Assembly (NCBI RefSeq): GCF_000150275.1
Contig: NW_002060960.1
Location: 634,469 to 698,468, forward strand
Source of the DNA: Trichoplax adhaerens
Lineage: Eukaryota; Animalia; Placozoa
DNA length: 64,000 bases
Direction: 5' to 3'
In this document: positions 25,511 to 37,511 of the stretch, piece after piece
Position numbering within the stretch: position 1 is the first letter of the stretch
How the letters are laid out: the number at the start of each line of letters is the position of its first letter
Notes under the pieces: model-generated
Told to the model about the DNA's origin: nothing
The model's database searches: none
What the model saw: only the letters and a program-made list of their open reading frames with translations
Position numbers and translations under genes: made by a program

Positions 25511-26089
25511 GGTATTATTATTAGCTACATTTTGAATATGATTGACTAAATCTTCGATAGTATGAAAATCTTGGGCATTAATATAGGATTCAGGTGGAGC
25601 AATATCAGTAGCGATTGGATTTTCCATCGTCCGATAGACCCATAATTGTTGATAGGGCTTGGTCTTGATCGATGGATAGTATTCTTGATCGGTTATTTTT
25701 GGGCTTAATCCATGAAATACTATAATATCGCTACTCTTATATTGACTGTGATCTCTTGTAATTTCGCATAGTCTATAATTAAAAAGTATTGGATCTGATT
25801 ATATAGGCTATGGACCATTAAACCATGGTGTCCATAATAATGTATTTGGCTTTTCCTCAATAATGATATCATGAGGCTTTATGGGAGTTTTAGTTTCAGT
25901 AGTGGTTGATAGAATACATTTGACATCTAGTCTCTGGTTGATATTATCAATAATAACTTAAACATCTTCTACCGAAAGCAAAGGTCGACTGTAGATGCAT
26001 ATGGCTACTTTTTGAAAATGACTAATGAAATAAACTTGGGTAATGTTTAAAATGATACAAACAATCTCACTAATTGTCTTCCATCGCAT
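25508..26089 (-). pseudogene. Alpha-1,3-fucosyltransferase (GT10/FUT family) pseudogene, internally deleted and 3' truncated
   Basis: One - strand frame from ATG 26089 reads MRWKTISEIVCIILNITQVYFI...VEDV*...KPNTLLWTPWFNGP*PI*SDPILFNYRLCEITRDHSQYKSSDIIVFHG...KPYQQLWVYRTMENPIAT-DIAPPESYINAQDFHTIEDLVNHIQNVANNNTK. It has a short N-terminal hydrophobic anchor, the GT10 N-lobe motifs (LLW, C-x-IT-x-D, SDxxVFH, Q-x-WV...E-x-P) and the GT10 C-terminal PxxS(F/Y)IxxxDFxxxxxL...N motif. In-frame stops lie at 25958-25960, 25808-25810 and 25799-25801. Confidence 0.85.
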
Positions 26090-26404
26090 GATACTATCAA
26101 GTTCTGATCTATTTTTGACTGGGACGATGTGAAATAGATAATTTTATTAATCCATTGATAGCTTTATTGGACTGATCGTCATAGCAGAAAGGACTTTCTT
26201 TCCAAGATGTTTTTCACTTTGGCTCCGATTTCCGATTGTGAAAGACAGATTCAATAGTGACAGTAAGGCCTGATTTCGACATATCTGCAACGCGAAAGGC
26301 AATGAAATCTGTTGCCAATTACCTGCTGGTAATTATAAAAAATGTCAGCAAGAGTCTATTTCTAACTGCAATACAAGTGTACCAATAAAGTGTCATGTCG
26401 GTAG

Positions 26405-26580
26405 CTAATTTCTTACTGCGTAGCTAAATCACATTATTCGTTTATTAAGATTAATGTCTTACCAATTTGATACTGCTGCGTAAATAAATTACATAATTAA
26501 TTATGAAGGTTAATCTCCACGAATGAGCTACTGCATAAATAAATTACAGTATTGATTCATTAAAGTTAATCTCTTACTGC
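26405..26580. repeat. Degenerate tandem repeat, ~60-bp unit, 3 copies
   Basis: ctgc.ta..taaat.aca...att...t...t.aag.ttaat.tc recurs at about 26416, 26476 and 26531. Confidence 0.55.
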
Positions 26581-29500
26581 ATTGCCACTAGTAATTTAAT
26601 AAAATGATAGCAATACTTGTAGGCAGGGGTAGGTGCTACTATTTTTTATACAGGGATTTTCTTTGAAGACAAATAGAAAGGTTCGCTACAACGTGAATAT
26701 TAAATTGAACGTTATTATAGATAGTAGAACTGTTATACGAGTATGTAGAAAGTAACAGCAAATAATATTCTACAATGGCTAACTATGAATCATAGCCGAT
26801 ATCTTATCACATCAAACGATGAGAAAATTAAGTTTTGGATGAAGAGCATAAAGGAAGAAGGTATACTGTACTGTGCTAGCTGTGTTATCAAAGCCATAAT
26901 CTCCAAAATTACACTTTCAAAGTGCCAATAAGTGTCTGCATTTTAGTCATTTAATTAAATAAGCATAGGGCTATAGGCAAATACTGGCTAAAAATACTGG
27001 AGCAATAACGAAATGTCAGATTTTTAATAGTAGATTGATGAGATTTTTTCTTTTATTAGACCACTACAACTAATTAAGCATGAAAAGTACCGGTAATCAT
27101 TTCTTTCTATCAAGATTTCTTCCATAGAATGGAACAAGATTATGGAAGATAATACAATGGACTTTAAATTTACTAGCATCAAACCTCATATCGCAATGAC
27201 ATAAATGTAAATTCTAATGTTGAGTAACACAAATAACTCCCTCCATCTGACGGAAACTAGTGACTGAATAATCTGATTGACTACTTGCGTGTCAACAAAA
27301 TGACAAGAAAGGTCTGAGAGAAACGAATTGCTCAAGCTACTCAACAGAGACTGACTAGATTATTTTAGGAGCATATACTTGGAATAGTTATAAAAGGAAA
27401 TGTAACTGTTAATAACATCGTTCAGATCTGCCAATTTATACTAAGACAAAGTTGAAAGAATTCTAGTATTATAACCAAGCCCATAAGTTGTTTCACAAGA
27501 CGTTTTTAATTTCTTATAATGTTTGTTACTGGTTGAGGCCTTAGGCCCTATCTTATATCCTTTCAAAAACTTACATTAATGTTCACTATAATTGTAGATA
27601 TTGCAGTGAATTAGATATTAATGTATTTATAGCGACTGATAATAGTTTTGCTTATTAGAAGATTAAGGCTTGTAGTGCATGGATTCTTAACCCTAACACT
27701 TAAGCACTATAATTAGCTGAAATCATTGCAAGGCTATCTATTACCGCATTCTTAAAGTGGTGTATCGCAGAAAGTAAATTGCTCTAAATGCAATAACGCT
27801 AAAAATGATGTGATTGCTAGCCATTAATTCTTGATGGTTAAGCTTAATAATTCTAGTAGAAGGAGACATAAACTCTAGATTTTAATTACTAGTTATTTTT
27901 GTTCAAGCTCTTTATCAAAAGTGTGATAAGTCTTCATCAAGTTAATTAATGGTTAGCCAGCAGAGAAAATTTTTAAATTATAAATGGGACTTTTTATTTC
28001 GTGATTGATATTTGTAAAGTACTGTAGTTCAAGTTTTCAATAAAGTCGCATAAATAAACTAGAACAATGATTAATTTGGATCTAAATTTAGGATATCGTT
28101 TTTAGTTCAATTTAACGTTTACAAGGCTTAAGTAAAGTAGTAGTACAAATTATTATTAGGCAGGTAGATTTGTCCGATAATTAGATAATTTATCTCTGAA
28201 GCATGACTGCAATAAAGTAGGTGTATAAATTATTATTAGGTTGGCTGATATTTTCCGATAATTAATTTATAAGTGATCATTGATGCATTTACGAGGATTA
28301 CTGATAATTAACCAGCAGCTGTAAAATATAGGTGTTATATTCTGGAATATTATACAGATACAAAATTTTATAAGTACTATAAAAATGGATATGAGGGCAG
28401 AAAAGATGACAATATATTATAATTTTGAAACTTTTATGTTAAATTGAAAGAAGTCTTTCTAAATGGCATTGAATGTAAGGATAAAATGAATGCATTTATT
28501 TAAGTAATGATTTAAAAATGATTTTTAATTAACTAGGTATTCTTCCTTTAATTAAGCACATAATAGAATTAGTGGAAAAGATAAATTGCGGTATTCAGAA
28601 ATAGATAAAGATTAATAGAGTATACGCAACTGTTAAAATCTAAACATATCAGTATGAATGCACTAGCTAGCTAGAAAATCGATTCGTTTACCGCAATATT
28701 CATTGCACAGTTTGCTATCATATAATCTATTATTTACTCAGAATGATTTGATAGTGATGCAAACATATTGAAGTAAATATAATTGAGAATAATTTATTAT
28801 AATACTGGCAGATAGAGTATTATACAGACAGATGTTCAGCATCAGCAGATAGCTAATTAATAATGCTGTATTCATCTTATAGTATTTATTGCTGATACAA
28901 TGACTAACGTTACTCTTCATTATTAAAATTTAGATATAAGCCCTATGGAGTTAACTTAAATTAGTAATTTCTACTTGAATATGAGCATAAAAGGAGACAG
29001 TATTGAAAGTTGAGCCATCTTAACTCAGGAAGAGACTTAGCCGAAAGTTTACTATTAGATCTGAATTTGTTACTCGTTGGTAACTTCTAATATTAAGTAA
29101 ATAAATTGGATATTCAACGGATCTACAAGTTTGGTCATAATTAATTACTCTATCTGAACAAACTACGAAAATCTTTCTAACTTTATGGCTAGATTAGACT
29201 AGTCATTGATTATATCATAGATGGACAACCATCTTAAAAGCAAGACATCTACCGATAATAATTTTCACCTTGTATCTAGGGTAACTAGTGCAAAAAGCTT
29301 AATAGTGTCGTAAGTTTTTATCCATATGATAAAATACAGCTTGTCATAGAAGGAACTACAACTGTATAAAGACGGAGGATATGGATCGATTGATAGCTAT
29401 AATAATATCTAGATATTCTATTTTATGACAGGATTAGATACTTAAAAACCAAAACCAGGTTAACAAAATCAGCTGATCTATTCATTTTATTTTTTCTACC

Positions 29501-32500
29501 TATTCAATTACTTTAATTGAAATGGATGTATAACACGCCGTTGTTTACCCATTGAAGTCCACATAAAGACACATATAACAAGTTAGTAACAAACCTGGCC
29601 AGCAACCGCAGTTAAGAAATTCAGTGAATGAAAATGGCTCTGATGCGAGACAGAACAGAATAGCCAAGTCTAAAAGTTCATATTAGATTGATTGATATCC
29701 TCTAGTTGCAGTATTACTCAGAGCTATAGCATATCAAATAAGGCTTTTATTTATTTCATATTCATTTAATTTTATATTTCTGGTACACAAGGTATATAGA
29801 ATTTTGCGAGCAAAAATCATAACTTTTTGTTTGTATTACTATTGAATAACTCATGTATATTTAATTGTCCCATTCTTATAAAATCGGAAAGCTTGATCAA
29901 TACTATTCTAGAGTTGTTTCTATTTTTATCTCATCTTATTTCTATTCTTCTCTACTACGATCTAAAAAATATCAATGACGGACATCACGTACGTTGAATT
30001 TTTTATCTAAGAATGAAAATGGTATGACTAAGAGTATTGCAATCTTGTGCACGTAATTTCGCTGTTAACTGCAATATTGTACAATTATTTTTATCTAATA
30101 ACAATCATAACATGGAACAACAATATTTGAAATATCATACAATGAAGTTCAATTACCTTGAGATTGAACGCGAATATAATTTAACTCCACGTTAATCGAA
30201 AAACAATAAGCAACTCTTTATTACCACTTAGATGATAGGAATACACTATTTTTTTTACTGTCAAATGACGTCACTACTCGTGTAGATCAAAGTTAAATCT
30301 AGACGTAAAATGTAGGTATAGCCTAGTTCAAAATAATCTGATGGTTTATATTATTTCCCATTGAATAATATACTCAAATTGATTCAATTCTAATTGATCA
30401 ATCTGGTAGATTAAAATTAAAATGTGTAGACAGTTTTTATTTCTGTGTATGAAAAATTAAAAAAGTGATTAGAATCACGAAAAGGAATTCCGATCAAGTA
30501 AATAGATTTAATCGTGACTCACTACCGTACACTTTATTATTATTTATAAAACCACCGATTCTGATTTATTGTATTCGTCCGATATTAATCTAATTAATTT
30601 GATGATGCTTTAAATTTATTAATTTGGTTAAAATCAATTTTAATCTTATTATAAACTCGGAGAGAGGCCCTTTAAATTAGCTTCATGCTTAAGTGTAAGA
30701 GTATGCAAAAGCAGTTTTTGAAGTTGTACGTTTGATAGTAAGATTGCTAGCAATGCTTGAGTGACAGTGTTATATACTGTATTAGAGTAGAAATATCTAT
30801 GTTAGGATAATTCTGTTAGACTATCCTTATTTAGTTAATTTCTAATTTGGATATACTGTGTTTTAATATAGCACTGACTTTTTATGACAGTGACACTTAT
30901 ACACATACTGATATTAATAGTTATGATAGGGAATGCAAATCATCTACTTACAGTTCGAATCATTGTGATTGTAATTTACTTATGGTAGATTGTAAATTAT
31001 CGTGGAAATGTTCCGTGATAGGACATATCTTAACCTGACTATTCTGTATAAATCATCACATGTCTATGTTCGTAAATACTGTTGTCTGCATTAAGGGAGC
31101 AGTAGCTAAAATTAATATCTAATTCAGTAAATGATTCCAATGTTAATTGTATTAACTATGACTCATGAACTGTTGAGGAATAGTATATAAATGCAGTACA
31201 TCGTGTAATAAAGTGGACTCTAAAACTTAGTGTTTAACGTAAAATACGAGGCGTTTAAGTCTTTGTGTAGTCTGCTAGTAGAGCAAAAGTGTTTGTGATA
31301 GTGCAGATATCGTTCCTTGATACGCGGTTCAAGGAATTGACTTATTGATCGTATATTACGTTATCTTGTTGCAAAGCTGTTTTGTGACAGCTTGACAAAT
31401 CATTTTATGCAGTAAAGTGAGATTTTACGAAAAATATTTGTAGTTCTCATTATAACATTTATAGATACTGTATCGTGACCTTTCAACAGTAAATTCATGA
31501 AGCATGCAAGTATAGAGTTGAAAATAATGAATTCAGCATGAGAAACTCTACTGATCATTCGGTTCGTGATGTCTTTGAATGCGCGAACTGGCTCTTAATC
31601 GACCTTCCTCTATCCGTTCGATGACTGTAAGTCTGCAATATCGTGGGCTGCATGAACAAATAGCAAAGCATTTAAACTAAAGCTACCTGACATTATTTAA
31701 GAAAAGCTCAGAGTATTTTATAGGTATTATCGGTAACGATTGAGAGGAAATGAATTCAATTTCCTCTAACCGTATTTGATTCAAACGATTGATTTTTGAA
31801 TGATCAATTTATCTTCGTCATAATGATAAATTATAAAATATTTCTTTTTTCTTAATTTGGTTGACAGCAGATATTGTCTGATCTGGTGTTTATACAATTG
31901 ATAATTACATGGACTACGAACCGATAGAGCTTATGTTTTGTTATTTTTATGGATCATTAGGACATTAATAATTAAATAACCGAATTGCGATATAAGGATT
32001 AATGGCAATCAATACAATTTATAGGGTATTGATTTCAGGATAAAATGAGGTGGGCATAGAATCATTCATGCTCTATCCACCTCCATTTATCCATTATCTA
32101 GAACAACTATCATTTTATCTAATTACTTTGCTGCCTTTGAGTTTGTACTTTCTAAAGGGAGGCTAACGTTAGTAACTGGATTGCACTTATGAATAAGCAA
32201 CAAAAAATTAAACGATCTGTTGTTACGACATGTTGATTAAGTTATTTTATTTTACAACTAATCCTTTTTAATTTCCTTGCTTCGATCTTGTGAAAATTGA
32301 TATTAAGTATTAATTATGTCGTTATGTCAATAAAAAAGCATCTTTACTACTAACAGACATCTAGTCCGATTCATTTCCATTCCAGAGATAAATTGAGCAA
32401 TGAAATATATTTACTGTCTACTTAGAAAGATCTTTCTATAAATACTAGTGATCCATAAAATGATTAGACACAGGATGTGTGTTCACTACTGCGTTAAATC

Positions 32501-34068
32501 TTCCCAACAGAATCATTCCAATTTGGGATAAAATTTTAGTAATTAAATAACATCAATGGTTCGTTTCATGACTATATAAATCTAAATAGTCTGTTATATC
32601 GGTTACAGTCATCATCCATTTTCATTAATTTTACGGCCATTAGTTGCCTACTCAAAATCTATATGATAATTATTTATAGGTTATAAATCGATGTATATTA
32701 ACAATAATAATTATTAAACTCATCTCAACATTAGACAGTATGATACATTATACTTTTGAACTAATATTAAACGAAGTTAAGATAGATATTTTAGCCACTT
32801 CTCTTTCCAATAAGTAATCCATTTTTAGTATTTAAATCGACCATTTGAGATTTCATATAGTAAACTACTGCAATAAAGCTAACTTAAATATAAAATAGAC
32901 TAGTACATTGTAGTTTACTTTTTAAATATGCTGATTTGAAATTATTTGATCAATAGGATATTTTCTAACCAAAAGTATCCAATTTCTAATCATTTCAATA
33001 CTAATTTAATTTTTTTTAAATTCCTATGGATGAAGATACATGTAATTTACTTGTTTATCAGTTTTTTGGTGGGCAAATAGTTTTTACCTCTTATTATTAA
33101 TAATAGCCCGGTTAAATTATTGAGTAAATATGGCATCATTTATTCCTGATATTAACATACTGTATGATTCATTTTTGTGGCCTGCATAGCTTGTCTCTCT
33201 CACTCTTCCCTTAACCATGGGTTATCGATTCGTTAGCATTGAATTGAAATCTACTGATCAGTATAGAGATAAATTGACAATTTAACACTTTGACGCCTTG
33301 TCTACAACTGCATTATTATTGTTTGACGAAAACAATTCCTTTAGGAAATACTTTGAAAGATGCAGGTTAATTCAGTTGTCATATTGAATGATGGCGAGAA
33401 TAAATTGTTTACCATTCAGAGTTATTCTCCCATGGCGATATTTGTTGTTTGTTATTGCCATGATCGAATTGTTGATCCAAGATTGTATTTAGTTACGATT
33501 TCCTTGATTATTATTGGATATCTTGACATTTTCAGTATTAGTCTTCCGCCTCTTAGACAATTCCATCACTCCATCGTATAAATAAATTTTTTCCATTCTT
33601 CATCTTTTTTACTTTCTCCTCTGTGGGCTTCCATTAAGTAAAAATAATTTTCTTCAAGGCTCCGTTATTAAGTGCTATCATTTCACCCCATCTCTCTAGT
33701 GTTTGTGGCATTCTTCTGGTTTTAGCCGCTGAATATTATTAGGTATGATTTATAGACCTGATAACTGATAAATAATTTCAGTTTATATACTTTTTATAAT
33801 CAAGTCTATATATTAGTAATCATTTCTAATTAAGTTACAGTTTTTTATAGTTAAAACTCAGTTCATGTTGTGAAATAAATTCTCATACAGTAATTTTGAA
33901 TCGCGACTAGTACTCATATTTAAGGCAGTTTCAAGTTTCAATATTTTTGTGCTTGCTGTTATAACTTAGCACCTTACTATTTAGGCTATCTTGCCCAGTG
34001 GGAAACGTTACAGAATTATAGTTATTTAAGTTGCTTTGATCAATACGCCGATATATATGCACTCAACT

Positions 34069-34912
34069 TATATATGAACGAGGCCGAATGCGAAATCAGT
34101 CATTTTGCAAAATGCCCTATTAAAGATAGAAATTGAAGATTGATCCGATTTACTTGCTACGTTATTCTAGCATCTATATTACATTTATTTCCAATTTTTA
34201 TTCAATTTTTCATGTCCTTAAAAATTGAAGCAGTCGTTTTGTACAATTTCTGGTTAAATTCTATCAATAATTCTTGCAGTTCATACATATATATAGCTAA
34301 TTATTTAACTTGCTTTGATCCATGCGCCAATACATATACTCAATTTATATACCTTTAGAGTATTATTTTAAACAAAAAATTGTCCTTCATATTAGGATAG
34401 AAATTTAATAACCAATCTGATTTACGTTATTTTCGCTTCTATTTTATAGTTAATGCGCAGATTTTTATCCAGTTTTTCTATTTCCTTAACAATTATTAGT
34501 GTAAACAAAAAATCAACACTTAATAAGGACAGAAATTGAATTACTAATCCAATTTATTTACGATGTTATTCTAGCATCTATTTAATAGCTATTGCGATTT
34601 GTTCACCAATTCTTTCTCTATTCTTAAAATTGAAGCTGTAATTTCATATAGTTTCAGGTTTAATTGTATGAATAGTTCTTAGCTTTCCATTTAATCATTT
34701 TCATTCACAAAATTAATTACGTAAAAATTTTAGCAACTAGTTCGGTGGAAACTCACCCTCAAGAAATGTTGTAATTGATTTTATTAGTTAATAATTAACT
34801 ATAAATCACGCTAGAAGAAATTCAATTTTAAAAATTTAATTCTTAACTTTGCATTGGCTGATTGGGCAGTTTGCAAAATGACCGACTTCGCATACGGTCA
34901 CGTTCATATATA
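34069..34912. mobile_element. Putative non-autonomous DNA transposon (MITE-like) bounded by ~52-bp terminal inverted repeats
   Basis: 34069-34120 (tatatatgaacgaggccgaatgcgaaatcagtcattttgcaaaatgccctat) matches the reverse complement of 34861-34912 at 45 of 52 positions. Both outer ends are TA runs. No recognisable transposase lies inside. Confidence 0.6.
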
Positions 34913-35651
34913 TTGTCAATTATTTGCCAAAGTTGCCAATTTTCTTAAATGTTAAAAGAATTTGATTTTAAAACTGATTCTAACTTTTTTGTCAATTAGG
35001 AAATCTAAAACTCAATAATCATTATAAGAAAACTATAACGTATTCTGGTATTACACAACCCCTATCCGTTGATCTACTCATACTCAGCGTTTATTCAGAT
35101 CATTACTAGAATAGAAAGCTACAAGCAAGTAAGAGATATTTTTTATTCACCTATAATGATGCCAGACTATAGCTTGGCTTTCATTTCCTCATCCATTGCA
35201 ATTTGAATCTCTTCGTTTTTGTGTCCTCATTTCTAATGTAACTATCACTTTTTTGGTTTTCTACCTTTATTATACTTGATCTTCATCTATTAAAAGTATT
35301 ATAGCGTGTGATTTTGTATTGACACTGGCTTATAAATACAGAAGAGAATCAATTCACGTGCAAAATTTTTTCCATCTTCTGGTGTCTGCGCTGACAAAAG
35401 GAGTTTCTCACTTTTATACTGAGAATCCTATTCCGGGTTCAGGATTATATTGACTTGGTTATTGTCTCCATTTTATTCATCAGTATTAGCTCTCTTTTTT
35501 GTGTTCTGTGCCTATATATAAGTGATTGAAGTTGGTATATTCCCCCCGTTTTTAGCATTCTTCAATCCTTTTCACATCGATAAATTCATTTCTTAATCTA
35601 CTGTACTCTCTCACCTTCCAAATATAAACGCCTCTTGCATCTAAGCCATCC

Positions 35652-35987
35652 AAGAAAATTCACTTCTCACTTTGAATTTTACCATTTCTAAGGCCAGGTA
35701 TCAACTTGTCGACGTTGAAATCCAACTACTATTGAGTGACAGTATCAAGAATTATCCCGGCTGCAATTCCTTTGCACTTTTTCACGCTGTGACTTTGTAT
35801 ATATATATATATATATATGTTATAGACGCAAAAACTTTTATTGTATCTGTCTAGCTGAATCACATAAGAAAATTTACTTTTCATCCTGAATTTTGCCATT
35901 TCTAAGGCGGAATATCAACTTGTCAACGTTGATATCCCACGACGATTAGCTGCCTGTCCTATTTTGTGACAGTATCAAAAATTACTC
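35652..35987. repeat. Direct duplication (~105-120 bp) flanking a (TA)10 microsatellite, upstream of GPCR 1
   Basis: aagaaaatt.actt.tca...tgaatttt.ccatttctaaggc...tatcaacttgtc.acgttga...gtgacagtatcaa.aatta occurs at 35652-35757 and 35866-35987. The (TA)n run is at 35798-35818. Confidence 0.8.
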
Positions 35988-36419
35988 TAATTGGATTCCC
36001 ATTTACCTTAAACGCCACTATTTAACGTTTCTGATTTACCGACCGGATTAGTTTATTTCAGAAGTTTAAGGACCCCTATTAGAAGCCAATTTTGGAAGGC
36101 ATCATTTGAAGGACTTGCCGGTTTACCGCTATCGCTAAGCATCATTTTAAATAGTCAAATTTAACTATCGGTTGTTGTTGAAAATAAAAGTTAAAGATTT
36201 AATTTCATGGATTCTGATTAAGCTCTTCTAGAACAGCAATCCGCTAGACTCAGTATTGAATCGCTTAACCAAGGAAAAGATAATCTATTGACATCCAAAT
36301 TCTTTCATCAGCTTCTGCAAGATTAAAATTTCTAGCGGCAAATAACTTTCTAATCTGCACTTTACTGATAGCATAAGCAGTAAGAAATTCTCCTATTTGC
36401 ATTATATCCAAACATTATC

Positions 36420-37511
36420 ATGGCATTAATAGCAAACGACTCTTTCTTCCTAACTGAAAGTAATATGACTATCTTATCGACCGGCCAAACACCATCTTCT
36501 CTATTCTATGTCATCAATCCTACGTTATTCGCAATTTCCATGATATTATTAAGCGCTGGAATCATTGGTAATTTCTTTGTCGTCCTGACGATCATTGTAG
36601 GTAAAGAAAAATGTAAGCAAATTGCATATTATCAAATTGGTTACTATGCTTTTGCCAACGTTGTTTACTGCGTCTTTTTCATGCTATTGCAAATCATGAC
36701 GATGAAGCAAAATCAATTCTATCAGGAAGTCTATGTAAAGATGCAAAGTAATATATCGGTATTACTGGAGATGGCGTCTTCATCTTCATTACATCAACAA
36801 TTAATCGACTCGACTATTCGTTGGCCCTACTGTGAAATTTGTTTCTCCTTAATGTTTACTTCAACCATGGCATCGACATTAATTCTAGCCCATACCAGTA
36901 CTAATTGGTATAAGACGTTGAAAAATAATCGTAAGAGTAGAGTTTTAACACCTAAGCGTTTAGTCTGCAAGATGATATTGATTTGGTTTGCAGCTTCTAT
37001 CCTATCTGTACCTTATGCACTCATTATAGTTAGAACGTCCACAAACAGTTCCTTAGGTTGCAGATTTGAAAATTATAACTCGCCATTGCTCCTTTGGTAC
37101 GCTTTAGCAAATGGTTTATTTATGGGAGTAGTCCCAGGCTTTACCATCATTTATAGCTATGGAAGAGTAATACGTATCTTTCAACATAATATTCATGCAC
37201 TAGAATTAGGAATAACCTTAAACCGTCAAGAAAGTGAGTGGCAGATTAAACAGCACTCCATCGTGAAATTGCTAATGTTTGTTGCAGCAGTTTATATCCT
37301 ATTTATGATACCTTACATTGTGGCAGTTGTCTATATTTCAGTGGGTCGTCAAAAGTACTTCTATGATCCAAAAGATGATGTTTATCTCTTTGAATTTTAT
37401 AATATTCCATCCACTGCCGTTACCATTTTGTTTGCCTTGAATCCGATGATTTATATGGCTTATAACCAATTAATGAAGAAGGGGTTCCGATGTTCCTATT
37501 TTTTATCTTAG
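36420..37511 (+). CDS. Class A (rhodopsin-like) 7TM GPCR, orphan, single coding exon, 363 aa
   Basis: Seven hydrophobic segments. TM1 GN, Cys3.25 in WPYC, W4.50 (IWFAASILSVP), ECL2 Cys, TM5 P and Y (VVPGFTIIYSY), TM6 FMIPY, TM7 NPMIY and helix 8 (NQLMKKGF) followed by a Cys. N-terminal sequons NDS and NMT. DRY is replaced by NWY. Confidence 0.92.
   Translation: MALIANDSFFLTESNMTILSTGQTPSSLFYVINPTLFAISMILLSAGIIGNFFVVLTIIVGKEKCKQIAYYQIGYYAFANVVYCVFFMLLQIMTMKQNQFYQEVYVKMQSNISVLLEMASSSSLHQQLIDSTIRWPYCEICFSLMFTSTMASTLILAHTSTNWYKTLKNNRKSRVLTPKRLVCKMILIWFAASILSVPYALIIVRTSTNSSLGCRFENYNSPLLLWYALANGLFMGVVPGFTIIYSYGRVIRIFQHNIHALELGITLNRQESEWQIKQHSIVKLLMFVAAVYILFMIPYIVAVVYISVGRQKYFYDPKDDVYLFEFYNIPSTAVTILFALNPMIYMAYNQLMKKGFRCSYFLS

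Noticed and set aside
35585-35632. - strand peptide GVYIWKVREYSRLRNE resembling the first strand of a TRAF/MATH domain
   Set aside because: The expected downstream SPxFYT/GYK motifs were not found in the frames read and stops follow. It is probably chance; an HMM search would settle it.
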